Shown: piece after piece, positions 26,236 through 36,193 of the stretch | How the letters are laid out: every line of letters starts with the position of its first letter | Position numbering within the stretch: position 1 is the stretch's first letter | NCBI GenBank assembly: GCA_963816185.1 | Contig: CAWFJJ010000024.1 | Span: 96,001 to 160,000, forward strand | DNA length: 64,000 nt | Direction of reading: 5' to 3' | Source of the DNA: Thermoanaerobaculia bacterium | GTDB taxonomy: Bacteria; Acidobacteriota; Thermoanaerobaculia; UBA5066 | Notes under the pieces: model-generated | What the model was told of the DNA's origin: nothing | Database searches by the model: none | The model's input: only the letters and a program-made list of their open reading frames with translations | Made by a program: the position numbers and the translations under genes

Positions 26236-29200
26236 TCACCGGAAGTCGTGGCTGGGAAGATCGGGCAGCGAGGGAAGCGGCCAGAACCGCTCGGCCCTCA
26301 CCGAGACGTTTCCGCCTTCCTTCTGGAGCTTTCCTTCCACGACGAGGCCTCCCGAGCCCACGATGACCGATCGATGCTTCCGGAAGAGGTCGGGGCGCAC
26401 GATGGCTTGCACGATGCCGCTTTCGTCCTCGAGCGACAGGAAGACGAAGCCCTTCGCCGTGCCCGGCCTCTGCCTCACGATGACGGCGCCCGCGGTTTTC
26501 ACCCGTTCGCCCTCGGGCACGTTCCGGAGCTCCCCGGCCGACAGGATCGACCGCGCCGCGAGCGCCGGACGCAGATGCTCGAGGAGGTGCGGGCCAGCCG
26601 TCATGTCCGTCGCGCGATAGTCGGCGGTCGTCTCCTGAATGGCTGACATCTCGGGAAGAGGAGATTTCTGCGAAGAGGAAGAAAGAGGGAGAGATTCATA
26701 GAGGGTGCCGAGGGGATGGGAGATCTCCGCGACTTGCCAGAGGGCCGTGCGGCGGGAGACGCCGAGGGACAAGAGGGAACCGGAGTAGGCGATCAAGGTC
26801 ATCTCGTCGGGACGGAGCCGGCAGCGGCGCTGAAAGTCCGCCACATCCCGGAACGGTCCTCCGCGCGTTCTTTCGGCTTCGATGGCTTCTCCCGTCGTCT
26901 GCTTCAGCCCCTTGATGAAACGCATGCCGAGACGCACGGAGAGAGGACCATGATTTGGTTGCTTATATGCGTCGGCCGCTGATGCGGCCGACGACAGGGG
27001 CGAATCTGTCCCCGGCGGGCCGCTTTCAAGGGCGCGCTTCGCGCGCCGTGCAGCGGTCGAAGACCCTTGACAGCGCTCCGCCGTCGGACGCCTGGCCGCC
27101 GGGATACCCCGCTCCTTCGCGCGTGAACTCGCTTCGCTCAGACAGCACGCGCGTGCGTCGCGAGGTACCCCGGCGTCCCGCGCCCTATTCATATTCGAAG
27201 AAAAATCTTCTTCTTTCTCTTCCTCTCTCTCTACCCGGCAATCCCATCCCGAAAAGTTCACGTCGATCGGCAGGACCGCAGTGCCCTTGCGCTGGATGTC
27301 CTTCAGGATCGTCGCGGGGTGGTAGAAGCCCATCGGCCACGCGTTCAGGAGGCACGCCGTGAACGCCGCCGGGTGGTGCGCCTTCAGCCACGCGCTCGCG
27401 TACGCGATGAGCGCGAAGCTGGCCGCGTGCGACTCGGGGAAGCCGTAGAGCGCGAACGACGTGATGGACTTGACGATCTGGTCCTGCGCGGGCCCCGTGA
27501 TGCCTTTTTTCGCCATGCCCGAGCGCAGCCGCTCTTCAATCGCGCCCATGCGCTCCTCGGAGCGCTTGAAGCCCATCGCGCGGCGCAGCTCTTCCGCCTC
27601 GCCGCCCGTGAAGCCCGCGGCCACCATCGCGATCCTGAGGAGCTGCTCCTGGAAGAGCGGTACGCCGAGCGTGCGCTTCAGGATCGGCTCGAGGCACGGG
27701 TGCGGATACTCGACCGGCGCCTTGCCCTGCCGCCGGTCGAAGAACGGGTGCACCATCCCGCCCACGATCGGCCCCGGCCGGATGATCGCGACCTGCACGA
27801 CGATGTCGTAGAAGACCTTCGGCGCGTGGCGCGGGCAGCGAAGCCATCTGCGCGCGGCTCTCGACCTGGAAGAGGCCGATCGTGTCGGCTGCGCGGAGCA
27901 GCTCGTACACCTTCGGGTCGTCCGCGGGCAGGTGCGCGAGGTCCACGTCCACGCCCTCGTGCGCCTTGATCAGGGGCAGCATCTTCTCGATCGCGCCCAG
28001 CATCCCGAGGCCGAGGAGATCCACCTTCACGATGCCGAGGTCCGCGCAGTCGTCCTTGTCCCACTGGATGACGACGCGCCCTTCCATCGCCGCGGGCTCG
28101 AGCGGCACGACCTCGGACAGCTTTCCCATCGCCACGACCATCCCGCCCGAGTGCTGTCCGAGGTGGCGCGGCAGGCTCTGGACGCGCATGAAAAGCTTCC
28201 CGAAGTGCGCGACGCGCGGGTGTGCGGGGTCGAAGCCGGCGGCCGCCATCTCCTTCGCGAGATCGGCCGCGCCGTCGCGGTACTCGCCGAAGCTCCACGC
28301 CCCGAGGTGCTTCGCGATCGTGTCCACCTGCTCCGGCGAGAAGCCCAGGGCCTTCGCCATCTCGCGCGCGGCCGAACGGTCGCGGTACGTGATGACGTTC
28401 GCCGTCATCGCCGCGCCGTCGGCGCCGTACGTTTTGTAGACGTGCTGGATCACCTTCTCGCGCGGGTCGCCCGAGGGCAGGTCGAGGTCGATGTCGGGCC
28501 ACTCCCCGCGCTCCTCCGAGAGGAAGCGCTCGAAGAGAAGCTCCATCTTCACGGGATCCACCGCCGTGATCGAGAGCGCGTAGCACACGGCGCTGTTCGC
28601 GGCCGAGCCGCGCCCCTGCACGAGGATGTGCTCCTTCTTGCAGAAGTTCACGATGTCCCAGACGATGAGGAAGTAGCCCGCGAGGTCCAGCTTCGCGATG
28701 AGGTCGAGCTCCCGCTGGATCTGCGCCTGCGCCTTTCCCGTGAGCGGCCGGAAGCGCGAGCGCGCGCCTTCCCACGTGACGTGCCTGAGGAACGACGACG
28801 GCGTCTCGCCCGGTGGCAGCGGGTACGCGGGGAAGCGGTAGCCGAGGTCCGCGAGCGTGAAGGAAAGGCGCCCGCGCGAGCTCGGCGCTCCTTTCGAGGA
28901 CGCCCGGCAGATCCGCGAAGAGGGCCTCCATGTCGGCCGCGGACTTCAGGTGGCGCTCGCGCCCCGCGTGCAGCTTCGTGCCGGCCGCGTCGAGGTGCGT
29001 GTGGTGGCGGATGCACGTGAGAGCGTCGAAGAGGTCCTTGTCCTTCCGCGCCGCGTAGCGCGCGCCGTTCGTCGCGAGGACCGGCAGGCGCGCGGCGAGA
29101 GCGAGATCGAGGAGCGCGCGATTCAGGTGCTCCTCCGCGCGCAGGAAGTGGCGCTGCAGCTCCACGTGAAGGCGCCCCGGGAAGAGCGCCGTGAGGCGGT

Positions 29201-29963
29201 CCAGCTCGCGGCGCGCCGCGTCGAAACCGCCCGTATCGCGCGACGTCAGCGCGCGCGTCACGACGCTCTCCTCGCCGCCCGTCAGGACGTGCAGCCCTTC
29301 CGCGTGCGCGGCGACCTCCTCCCACGTCGCGGCCGCCTGCCCCTTCGGCTTCCCTGCGGCGGCGGCGGTGAGAAGCGAGCAGAGGTTCCGGTAGCCCTTC
29401 TGGTTCTCGGCGAGCAGCGTCAGACGGGGATAAGAAATTCCTGCTGGGAGGGGAGGGGGAACGATTCCGAGAGGACCGGGAAGATTTTCTTCGAATGAGT
29501 GTGTGGGCGATTCGCCGCTTCTGCCCTCTTCCTCTTTACCTTTCAAAGAAATCTTGTTGCTCCATCCCCCGACGAGAGCCGGATGCGGAGCAAGAACGAC
29601 CTCCGCCCCGACGAGCGCTTTCACCCCCGCCGCCTTCGCTGCCTTCCAGAAGCGCGGGGCGCCGGAGAGGCCGTTCGTGTCCACGAGCGCCATCGCGGGA
29701 AGGCCGAGCGCCGCCGCACGCGCGACGAGGTCTTCCGGCAGAGACGACCCGTTCAGGAACGAGAACGCCGAGGCGACGCGCAGCTCGGCATACGGCCTCG
29801 CGCGCTTTGCGGGAGCGGGCGGCCGCGCGAACGCCCGCACGCGCGCTTTCTCCTTGCGTGCGCCGGGAGACGTGTACGCGCCGGGCTGCCCGGGTTTGAC
29901 GATCGGCCCGAGCATGTCGCGTCCCGGCGGCCCGCCGTGCTTCCCGCTGCCGCGCCCGTCCAT
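26236..29963 (-). CDS. dnaE2: Error-prone DNA polymerase DnaE2/ImuC; two apparent frameshifts (~28872, ~27834) and two in-frame repeat inserts
   Basis: YAEL..SAFSFL.G.S.PE PHP start, QGRGSAANSAVCY, PDIDLD, QHSGG, QWDKDD, GFPESHA, RQRPGTAKG, C-terminal SHDFR; three ORF pieces join after removing one base in each of two short homopolymers. Confidence 0.92.
26945..27232 (+). repeat. Dispersed element copy III with hairpin cassette (in frame in dnaE2)
   Basis: TATATGCGTCGGCCGC-TGAT-GCGGCCGACG; TCAAGGG-31nt-CCCTTGA; terminus ATTCGAAGAAAAATCT + pyrimidine tract. Confidence 0.85.
29430..29560. repeat. Dispersed element copy IV (in frame in dnaE2 PHP domain)
   Basis: AAGATTTTCTTCGAATGAG ... CCTTTCAAAGAAATCTT inverted pair. 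Confidence 0.7.
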
Positions 29964-29973
29964 GGGACGTGGA

Positions 29974-30002
29974 ATGTTAGACGTAAGTTAGACGTAAGTC
30001 AA
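29974..30002 (-). promoter_or_regulatory. Sigma70-type promoter of dnaE2 overlapped by ACTTACG direct repeats
   Basis: Minus strand TTGACT-N17-TAACAT; spacer region contains ACTTACG-N4-ACTTACG. Confidence 0.75.
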
Positions 30003-30032
30003 GAGCCAAAAGTCATCCTTCCGGGGCTCGCG

Positions 30033-30557
30033 TCAAGCGCCGACGCCGTACTTTTCCCGGAGGACGGCTAGGTGATGGCGGACGTGGCCGACGAGGATGT
30101 AAGCGAGCGCGCGCGGCGTGACGGGGAGCGCGTTCGCCAAGCCCACACGCACCCAGCCCGCGTCGTCGACGTGTCGCAGCATCAGGACGTGGCTCGCGCG
30201 GAGGCTCGTGAACTCTGCCGCGAGCGACGCGAGCGTGCGGAGGTCGGACCCAGCGTTTGCGGCGTAGTCGTTCTCCTCGAAGGGAGGCAGCGAGGCCTTG
30301 TCGCCGCGCGCGACGCAAAGCGCGCGATAGCCGAAGACACGTTCGGCGTCGAGCATGTGGCCGACGACGCCTCGGATCGTCCACTTGCCAGGCGCGTATC
30401 GGTACTCTTCACGTTCCGACGGGACGGACGCGAGGGCGGCGGTCAGCTCGGCCGGCTGGCTCTCGAGCGCAGCGAGGATGTCCGTCTCCGGGACGCGCGA
30501 AACGTAGCGCTCGAAAGCGACGTCGTATTCGTCAGGGCGCGGCCGGGAGCTCTTCAT
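30033..30557 (-). CDS. DinB/YfiT family protein
   Basis: RYAPGKWTI..VVGH.D.ERVF.YR, PFEEN.YA, GHVRHH. Confidence 0.88.
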   Translation of the reverse strand: MKSSRPRPDEYDVAFERYVSRVPETDILAALESQPAELTAALASVPSEREEYRYAPGKWTIRGVVGHMLDAERVFGYRALCVARGDKASLPPFEENDYAANAGSDLRTLASLAAEFTSLRASHVLMLRHVDDAGWVRVGLANALPVTPRALAYILVGHVRHHLAVLREKYGVGA

Positions 30558-31252
30558 GGCGGCATTTTGCCCCGGAAGGGCCGGGCGCGTCGCCTCCTGT
30601 CCGGCCGCTTGGACCGCTCGGGCGCACGCTCGAGCGCGGTGAGCCTGGGGGCGAGGTCCGAGGCGGCCCAGAACCCGAGGCCGCACTCCAACAGGCCCGT
30701 CTTGCGAAACTTCCGGCGATACCACGACGCGCGGCGCATCTTGAAACCCACGAGGTCTCCCTCGATTCCCGTCTCGAGGTCGTCGTCGGCCGAGAGGAAG
30801 TCGAGGTACGCGACGCCGGCCACGAGCTCCGGCAGCACCTCGAGGCCTGCCACGACCTCGGAGGCTCGCACGTAGTGGAGCGTGTCCGAGCACACGACGA
30901 GGTCGAACGGGTCGTCGAAGCGCAGCTCCGAGAGCTGGCCCCAGGAGCCCCGACGCACGTTGCGCGAGCGGCCGAAGCGCCGCACGGCGTAGTCGCTCGT
31001 GTCGAGGCCCAGATAGCGCACCCTCGGGCGTAGCGCGCGAAGGAGCGGGAACCACGCGCCCTCGCCGCAGCCCACGTCGAGCACCGAGTTGATCCGCCGG
31101 CCCAGCACGTGCTCCGCGACGCCTACGGCCATCGCGACCTTCCGCGCCACGCCTTCACGGCGCACGAGGCGCTTCTTCGGGTCGCGATACCACTTCCGGA
31201 AGTACGCCTCGTCGTAGAGCTTTCCCGTCAGACGAGGCCTTCCTTCTTCCAC
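30554..31252 (-). CDS. Class I SAM-dependent methyltransferase
   Basis: YDEAYF, VLDVGCGEG, FDLVVCSDTLHY. Confidence 0.85.
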   Translation of the reverse strand: MEEGRPRLTGKLYDEAYFRKWYRDPKKRLVRREGVARKVAMAVGVAEHVLGRRINSVLDVGCGEGAWFPLLRALRPRVRYLGLDTSDYAVRRFGRSRNVRRGSWGQLSELRFDDPFDLVVCSDTLHYVRASEVVAGLEVLPELVAGVAYLDFLSADDDLETGIEGDLVGFKMRRASWYRRKFRKTGLLECGLGFWAASDLAPRLTALERAPERSKRPDRRRRARPFRGKMPP

Positions 31253-31315
31253 CGTTCGTGGGCGAGGTCCGCCTTTTTCATTCGAGCCTCCGCCGGAATG
31301 CCGGTCGGTCCTGCG

Positions 31316-31642
31316 TCACGCCTTGACCATGACCAGGATCATCTTGAACGGTGTGATCGCTTTCAAGGCATGCGGCTCGTTCGCGGGGAGGCGAAGCAGA
31401 TCGCCGACCTTGACGCGGTGGGGGACCTTCGAGATCGAGACCTCGGCCTCGCCTTCGACCCCGAGGACGAGCGCGTCGAAGGGCGCGGAGTGCTCTGAGA
31501 GCGCCTCCCCCGTGTCGAACGCGAAGGCCGTCACCGTGCCGCCCGGCGCTTTGACGAGCGTGCGACTCACGACGGCGCCGGGTTGAAGCGCAACGAGCTC
31601 GGACTGGGGAACCGGAGTTGACGGAAGGGCCGGTGTTGGCAT
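31316..31642 (-). CDS. Cupin domain protein
   Basis: VVSRTL, FAFDTGEALSEHSAP, PANEPHAL; AGGAG RBS. Confidence 0.88.
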   Translation of the reverse strand: MPTPALPSTPVPQSELVALQPGAVVSRTLVKAPGGTVTAFAFDTGEALSEHSAPFDALVLGVEGEAEVSISKVPHRVKVGDLLRLPANEPHALKAITPFKMILVMVKA

Positions 31643-31695
31643 GAACGCTCCTTGCGATCCAACGATAGCGCCCTCTGGGAGCGCACGGGGAACGC

Positions 31696-32244
31696 CTACG
31701 GCGACGACGAAAGCTCCAGCTTCCTCAGGCGCGGTCCGACGAGCGTCCCGATGCGCGCGCCGGTGTCGAACAGGACGAGCCCGAAGAGCACGAGAGCGAC
31801 CGTGAAGGCGAGGAGCGCCCAATGATGCCGGCTTTCGAAGCGCTCGAGCGACGGCGCGAAGGCGACGAGCGCGAGGCTGGCGGCGACGACGATGACGGCG
31901 TCCACGCTCGCGCGCTGCCAGTAGCTTCCGCCGAGGTGCAGCCACATGCCGAACTCGTCGAACGTCAAGCCCATCGCGATGCCGTATGCCCACGCGGCGA
32001 GGTGCGCGGCCTTCCCCGCGGGCCGCGCGAAGAGGAGATACGCCGCCACTCCGGCGAGAAGGAAGATCCCGTAGTTCAGGTGGTGGACGTGCGTCCCGCG
32101 CAGGAAGAAGTACAGATTCGGGACGCGCTGCGACATGACGAGAAACACCATCGTCCGCGACGCGATGAAGGTCAGGGCGAAGGCGAGGAGCGAGCGGCGC
32201 GCGAGCCGGTCGGTCTCGTTTTCCGAAGGTGGAGTGGCATCCAC
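31696..32244 (-). CDS. Conserved membrane protein
   Basis: HVHHLNYGI and GLTFDEF..W motifs with 4-5 TM helices. Confidence 0.7.
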   Translation of the reverse strand: MDATPPSENETDRLARRSLLAFALTFIASRTMVFLVMSQRVPNLYFFLRGTHVHHLNYGIFLLAGVAAYLLFARPAGKAAHLAAWAYGIAMGLTFDEFGMWLHLGGSYWQRASVDAVIVVAASLALVAFAPSLERFESRHHWALLAFTVALVLFGLVLFDTGARIGTLVGPRLRKLELSSSP

Positions 32245-32267
32245 GCGAGAAAGGATAGCGGCCTTTG

Positions 32268-33845
32268 CTAGTCGTACACGCCGTCGGCGAACCACTCGCC
32301 GCCGGCCTCGTCGTGGAAGATGCGGTAAAGGCCTCCGCCCGAAAGCTCCACGTCCCAGTACGCGCGGAAGGCGGGTGCCTCCTGCCACCAGCCCTCCTCG
32401 AGGCGCCACGGGCCCGAAGCCACGCGCACGGTGCCGGCCACGTCCAGCGCCGGCCGCCCACCGCCGTCTGCGGAAGCGGGTTCGAGCGCGCGCAGCGAAG
32501 AGGGCCGCTCGCCCTCGAGAAGCACCTCGAGCGGCACGGGTGGACGGAGCACGCGAACCGAGAGAAGCCCGCGGCCGGTCTTCGGCGTCTTTCGCGCCGC
32601 GGGAGGAGGCGGCGGAGCGAACGGCACGAGGGCGAAGCGCTCGGGGCGATGGCCGTCCACGGCGCTCGGCGCGCCGACGCGCCCGGGCCCGAGCAGCGCG
32701 AACAGCTTCGCGAGCGCCGTCGCGAGACGGTCGGGCGAGATCTCGGCCGGCCCGAACAGCGTGAGCTGGCTCTTGCGCGGGGCGTCGGGCTGCGCCGTGA
32801 GGGAGAAGCCCGTGACGGCGGCGCCCGGCGGCCGGCCTTCGAGGCCGAGGCGCACGAGCGTGAGAAGCGTCTTCACGTCGCGCGTGGGCGCGGGCAGATC
32901 CAGGCTGCGCGTGTCGCAGCCCTCGGGGTCGAGCGTCAGGGAGATGTCCAGCCGCGCGCACCCTACGGCCTCCGCCTCGAGACGCCGCGCGAGGCGTTCG
33001 AGCGCGCTCTCGGCGAGCGCGAGGAATGGCTCGAGCGTGACGAGCGGCCACTCCAGCTCCATGCCTTCCGTGAAGCCCGGCGGCGGCCGGCGCGGTACGA
33101 GGGGGCGCGGGTCGCGCCCGCGCGCGATCTCGTGCAGCGCGTGCCCGCGCGCGCCGAGCCGGCTCGCGACGTCGGCCGCGGGCAGCTTCGCGAGGTCGCC
33201 CACCGAGGAGAGGCCCCAGCGCGCGAGCGTCTCGACGATCTCGGCATCGGGATCCAGCTTCGCGAGCGGCAGCGGTGCGAGAAACGCGGCTTCGCCGCCT
33301 GCGGGGACGGCGACGGGAGAGTCCGGCAGCGTCGCGGCCACGCGCGCGGCGAGCTTGCTCGACGCGAGCCCGCAGCGCGCGGGCAGCGACTCGCGCTTCG
33401 CGGCGGCGATCAGGGTGCGGCCGAGATCGCGCTCGTCGGGAAAAAGGCGCTCGAGGCCGTCCGCGTCGAGGTACACGACGCCGTCACCAGCGTCCTCCAC
33501 GCGCGGCGACACGGTGCCGGCCACGTCGAGAAGCGCCTCCATGGCGGCGCGCTCGCTCTCGGCGTCGCGCGCGCGGGTGAGAAGGTCGGGCACGAGCGCC
33601 CGCGCCTGCGGCAGCGTGAAGCCCGGGCGGATGCCGGCCTTGCGCGCCTTGCGCGTGGCCGCGACCACGTGCGCGGCCGTCCCGTTCCCCTCGCACAGAA
33701 TGACCGCCTCGTCCCGCAGCGCGGGCTCGCTGCGCAGCCGCGCGGCGAGGGGAAACAGCGGCACCACGAGACACGCGAGGCGTGGGGCGGGAACGGGAGA
33801 AGGTTGTTTTTGCTGCTCCCCGAGCACGGACGACGTTCGCTCCAT
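32268..33845 (-). CDS. imuB: ImuB, inactive Y-family polymerase
   Basis: A..AGI.PG.TL.QARAL, SPRVE, FLAPLP, GPWRLEEGWW, DGVYD C-terminus; next to imuA, near dnaE2. Confidence 0.9.
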   Translation of the reverse strand: MERTSSVLGEQQKQPSPVPAPRLACLVVPLFPLAARLRSEPALRDEAVILCEGNGTAAHVVAATRKARKAGIRPGFTLPQARALVPDLLTRARDAESERAAMEALLDVAGTVSPRVEDAGDGVVYLDADGLERLFPDERDLGRTLIAAAKRESLPARCGLASSKLAARVAATLPDSPVAVPAGGEAAFLAPLPLAKLDPDAEIVETLARWGLSSVGDLAKLPAADVASRLGARGHALHEIARGRDPRPLVPRRPPPGFTEGMELEWPLVTLEPFLALAESALERLARRLEAEAVGCARLDISLTLDPEGCDTRSLDLPAPTRDVKTLLTLVRLGLEGRPPGAAVTGFSLTAQPDAPRKSQLTLFGPAEISPDRLATALAKLFALLGPGRVGAPSAVDGHRPERFALVPFAPPPPPAARKTPKTGRGLLSVRVLRPPVPLEVLLEGERPSSLRALEPASADGGGRPALDVAGTVRVASGPWRLEEGWWQEAPAFRAYWDVELSGGGLYRIFHDEAGGEWFADGVYD

Positions 33846-33870
33846 GCCTGCTGTGCCCCGCTTTTCATCA

Positions 33871-34225
33871 GGATGTTTTTCTTAGAAGGTGAATATCCCC
33901 GGCTCCAACACCCTCAGCGCGTGAATGCGGACAACCGGCCTGAAAACGCAACGGCGAAGATTTCTTTCTTCTGATATGCGGCGGCTGCAGTTGCAGCCCT
34001 GGCCGGCCTGATTGGACGCGGGGGGTCCGGGGGCGCCCGAAGGCAAGCCCCCGGAGAGCGCGCGCAAGCGCGCCGCGCAGCGGTCTTCGATCCTTGACAT
34101 CGGTCATTCGGGAAATACACGTTCCCCACACTCAGCGCCCGAATGCGGACAAATGACCGGAGAACAAAGTGGCATGCTCTCTTTCCTTTTCCTCTCTTTC
34201 TAAGAAAATTTTCTTTCTTTCTTCC
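33871..34225 (+). repeat. Dispersed element copy V with hairpin cassette (imuA 3' end / imuB leader)
   Basis: TTTTTCTTAGAAGGTGAA ... CTTTCTAAGAAAATT; ATATGCGGCGGCTGC; CCTTGACATCGGTCATTCGGGAAATAC identical to copy IX. Confidence 0.85.
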
Positions 34226-34968
34226 TTGCCTGTCTGAATCGCATCCAGCAGGGAAAGATTCAGCAGGCTCGTCTTTTCTTTCATCTTCGCGTCCCGCGTC
34301 TTCTCGAGCACGAGGCGTGAGGACAGGCCGTCGAGGAGCGACACGCTCTGCGGCCAGCGGTCCAAGCACGCGCGGTCCCAGCCCGCCCGCGCCGCATCGG
34401 CCGCGAGCACGATGCGCGCCGCGGTGCCTGTGACGCGGTAGGGCGCGAGGACGAGGAGCGCCGCGTCGTGAAAGCGCGCGCGACGCGCGAGGCGCAGCCA
34501 GACGGCGTCGTCGAAACGCCGCCTGAAGATGCGTGAGAGCCCGAGGTCGAGGACGACGAGCGCGAAGCCCGTCGCGAGGACGGTCTCGGCCGCGGCGAGC
34601 GCGGGTTTCAACCCGCGGGGGCGCAGCCACAGCACCCGCGAGAGCTCGGCGCCGGCGGCGGCCGCGCCCTGCGGGTCGAAGTGGTCGCCGGGATCCACGA
34701 GCGCGGCGGCTTCGCCCGTCTGCGTCGTCGCGGCGAGCGCGGAGAGGGCCACCGAGAAGCGGCCCGAGGACATGCGCCCCGACATCTCCACGAGAGCGCC
34801 GCGGGGCAGCCCGCCTCCCAGCAGCCGGTCCAGTCCCTCGATTCGCGTGGGCAGAAACTCCGGCGCGAACCGTTCGCGCGAAAGTCCGGAGGCGGTGGTC
34901 AGCCGGGCGGCGATCTCTCGAGGTAAGTCAGGCAGGGGCAGCGGGGCGGGAAGAGACAGCGCCGACAC
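34132..34968 (-). CDS. imuA: ImuA/RecA-like accessory protein
   Basis: GLDRLLGGGLPRGALVE, degenerate Walker A SSGRFS, FDP..A..AG, LVVLDL; C-terminal ~45 aa lie in an AT-rich repeat element. Confidence 0.85.
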   Translation of the reverse strand: MSALSLPAPLPLPDLPREIAARLTTASGLSRERFAPEFLPTRIEGLDRLLGGGLPRGALVEMSGRMSSGRFSVALSALAATTQTGEAAALVDPGDHFDPQGAAAAGAELSRVLWLRPRGLKPALAAAETVLATGFALVVLDLGLSRIFRRRFDDAVWLRLARRARFHDAALLVLAPYRVTGTAARIVLAADAARAGWDRACLDRWPQSVSLLDGLSSRLVLEKTRDAKMKEKTSLLNLSLLDAIQTGKEERKKIFLEREEKEREHATLFSGHLSAFGR

Positions 34969-34974
34969 GCGGCA

Positions 34975-35012
34975 AACGTAGGTCCGCTCGAGACGTAAGT
35001 CAAGCGTAAGTT
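34975..35012 (-). promoter_or_regulatory. Sigma70-type promoter of imuA-imuB overlapped by ACTTACG direct repeats; probably leaderless
   Basis: Minus strand TTGACT-N17-TACGTT; ACTTACG-N4-ACTTACG straddles the -35; predicted start site coincides with GTG at 34968. Confidence 0.75.
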
Positions 35013-35032
35013 TTTATGGCTGGGAAGAGGCT

Positions 35033-35638
35033 TTATGGCCTTTCCGTGGGTGGCTTCTCACCCGGGCCCGGAAGCTCCGGCCACTCACCGCCGGAGTCCT
35101 CGGCGGCGAGCAGATGCTCCAGCGAGTGGTAGCGGTAGATCGTCGGGGCCTTGTTGACAAAAAGCCCGCCCGTATCGGCCGTCGGCCCGTACGTCGAATA
35201 GAGCGGGCGGCCGAGGAGGCGTAGATACACCGTGAGCTGGCCGCGGTGGTGCGACGAGTGCGTCAGCCGACGGAGGAACACCCACGAGCGCGTCTCCTCC
35301 ACGTCGAAGAATTTCGTCCCCTCGTTCCACCAGTCCGCGGTTCTCGCCGCGAGGATCTCGCGCCGTCTCCCGGACGCCTCGGCGTAGTGGTGCAGGAAAC
35401 CGAGCCGGTCCTCGCGCGCGGGCAGCGCGGGAAGCGCGATCTCGATGCCAAGCATGTTCTTCATCCAGGAGTCTTCCGACACGCACTGGTGGACCATGTG
35501 CTCGAGCGGCGTGCGGGCCCTCGGCGCGGGCCGGAAACCGAGATCCGCGTCGCCGAAGCACGACCACACGCTCAGCGTCTTGAGCCGCTCGGTTTCGTAG
35601 GCGGCGACGAAGAAGCCGCCGGGATTCACGTCCGTCAT
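35033..35638 (-). CDS. DinB family protein
   Basis: FRP....RT..EHMVH, HSSHHRGQLTVYLRLLG...STYGPTAD. Confidence 0.87.
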   Translation of the reverse strand: MTDVNPGGFFVAAYETERLKTLSVWSCFGDADLGFRPAPRARTPLEHMVHQCVSEDSWMKNMLGIEIALPALPAREDRLGFLHHYAEASGRRREILAARTADWWNEGTKFFDVEETRSWVFLRRLTHSSHHRGQLTVYLRLLGRPLYSTYGPTADTGGLFVNKAPTIYRYHSLEHLLAAEDSGGEWPELPGPGEKPPTERP

Positions 35639-35684
35639 GACGCCGCCATTCTGCGCCCTGCGGCGTCCGCCACGTCGAGGTTTG

Positions 35685-36149
35685 CTACGGCTTTGCTCCC
35701 GCGATTTCACGCGAGAACTTGACGCCCTGCTGCGCATAGCCCCGCTCGCGGTAGAAGCGATGCGCCGCATCGCGATGCGAGGCGCTCGTCACCTCGATGC
35801 GGCCGCAGCCGAGCTCGGCGAGGAACTCTTCGGCGTGGCGGAGAAGAGCCGAGCCGATTCCCTGCCCCGTGTGGGGCCGAGCCACGACGATCACGCTGAC
35901 GCGGCCGACCGGGAGGGCCCTGTGAAGAACCGGCGTCGAGAACGCGGACACGAGTCCGATGACTCCTCCGCTCTTGACGGCAACGAAGACGCCGTAGTTC
36001 GGGGCGAGGGCCTGCATCCGGGCGATCTGGGTACGGGCGAGAGCCGGCTCGAGGGGATGGCCGAGCTCCGTCAGAAGGTCCGAGATCGCGCCGGCATCGT
36101 CCTGACTAGCGGCCCGAATCTCCAATCCGGCCTGAGCGCTCGTGTGCAC
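35685..36149 (-). CDS. GNAT family N-acetyltransferase
   Basis: IRAA..DDA, GQGIGSALL, AHRFY...GY. Confidence 0.85.
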   Translation of the reverse strand: MHTSAQAGLEIRAASQDDAGAISDLLTELGHPLEPALARTQIARMQALAPNYGVFVAVKSGGVIGLVSAFSTPVLHRALPVGRVSVIVVARPHTGQGIGSALLRHAEEFLAELGCGRIEVTSASHRDAAHRFYRERGYAQQGVKFSREIAGAKP

Positions 36150-36193
36150 GGCCCGACGATACCAAGCGCTGCGCGAGACTCCGCGCCCGCGGG

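Noticed and set aside
26945-27232. Intein or self-splicing intron in dnaE2
   Set aside because: No Cys/Ser start with His-Asn end, too short, no group I/II core visible, and the same DNA occurs on the opposite strand in another gene and between genes.
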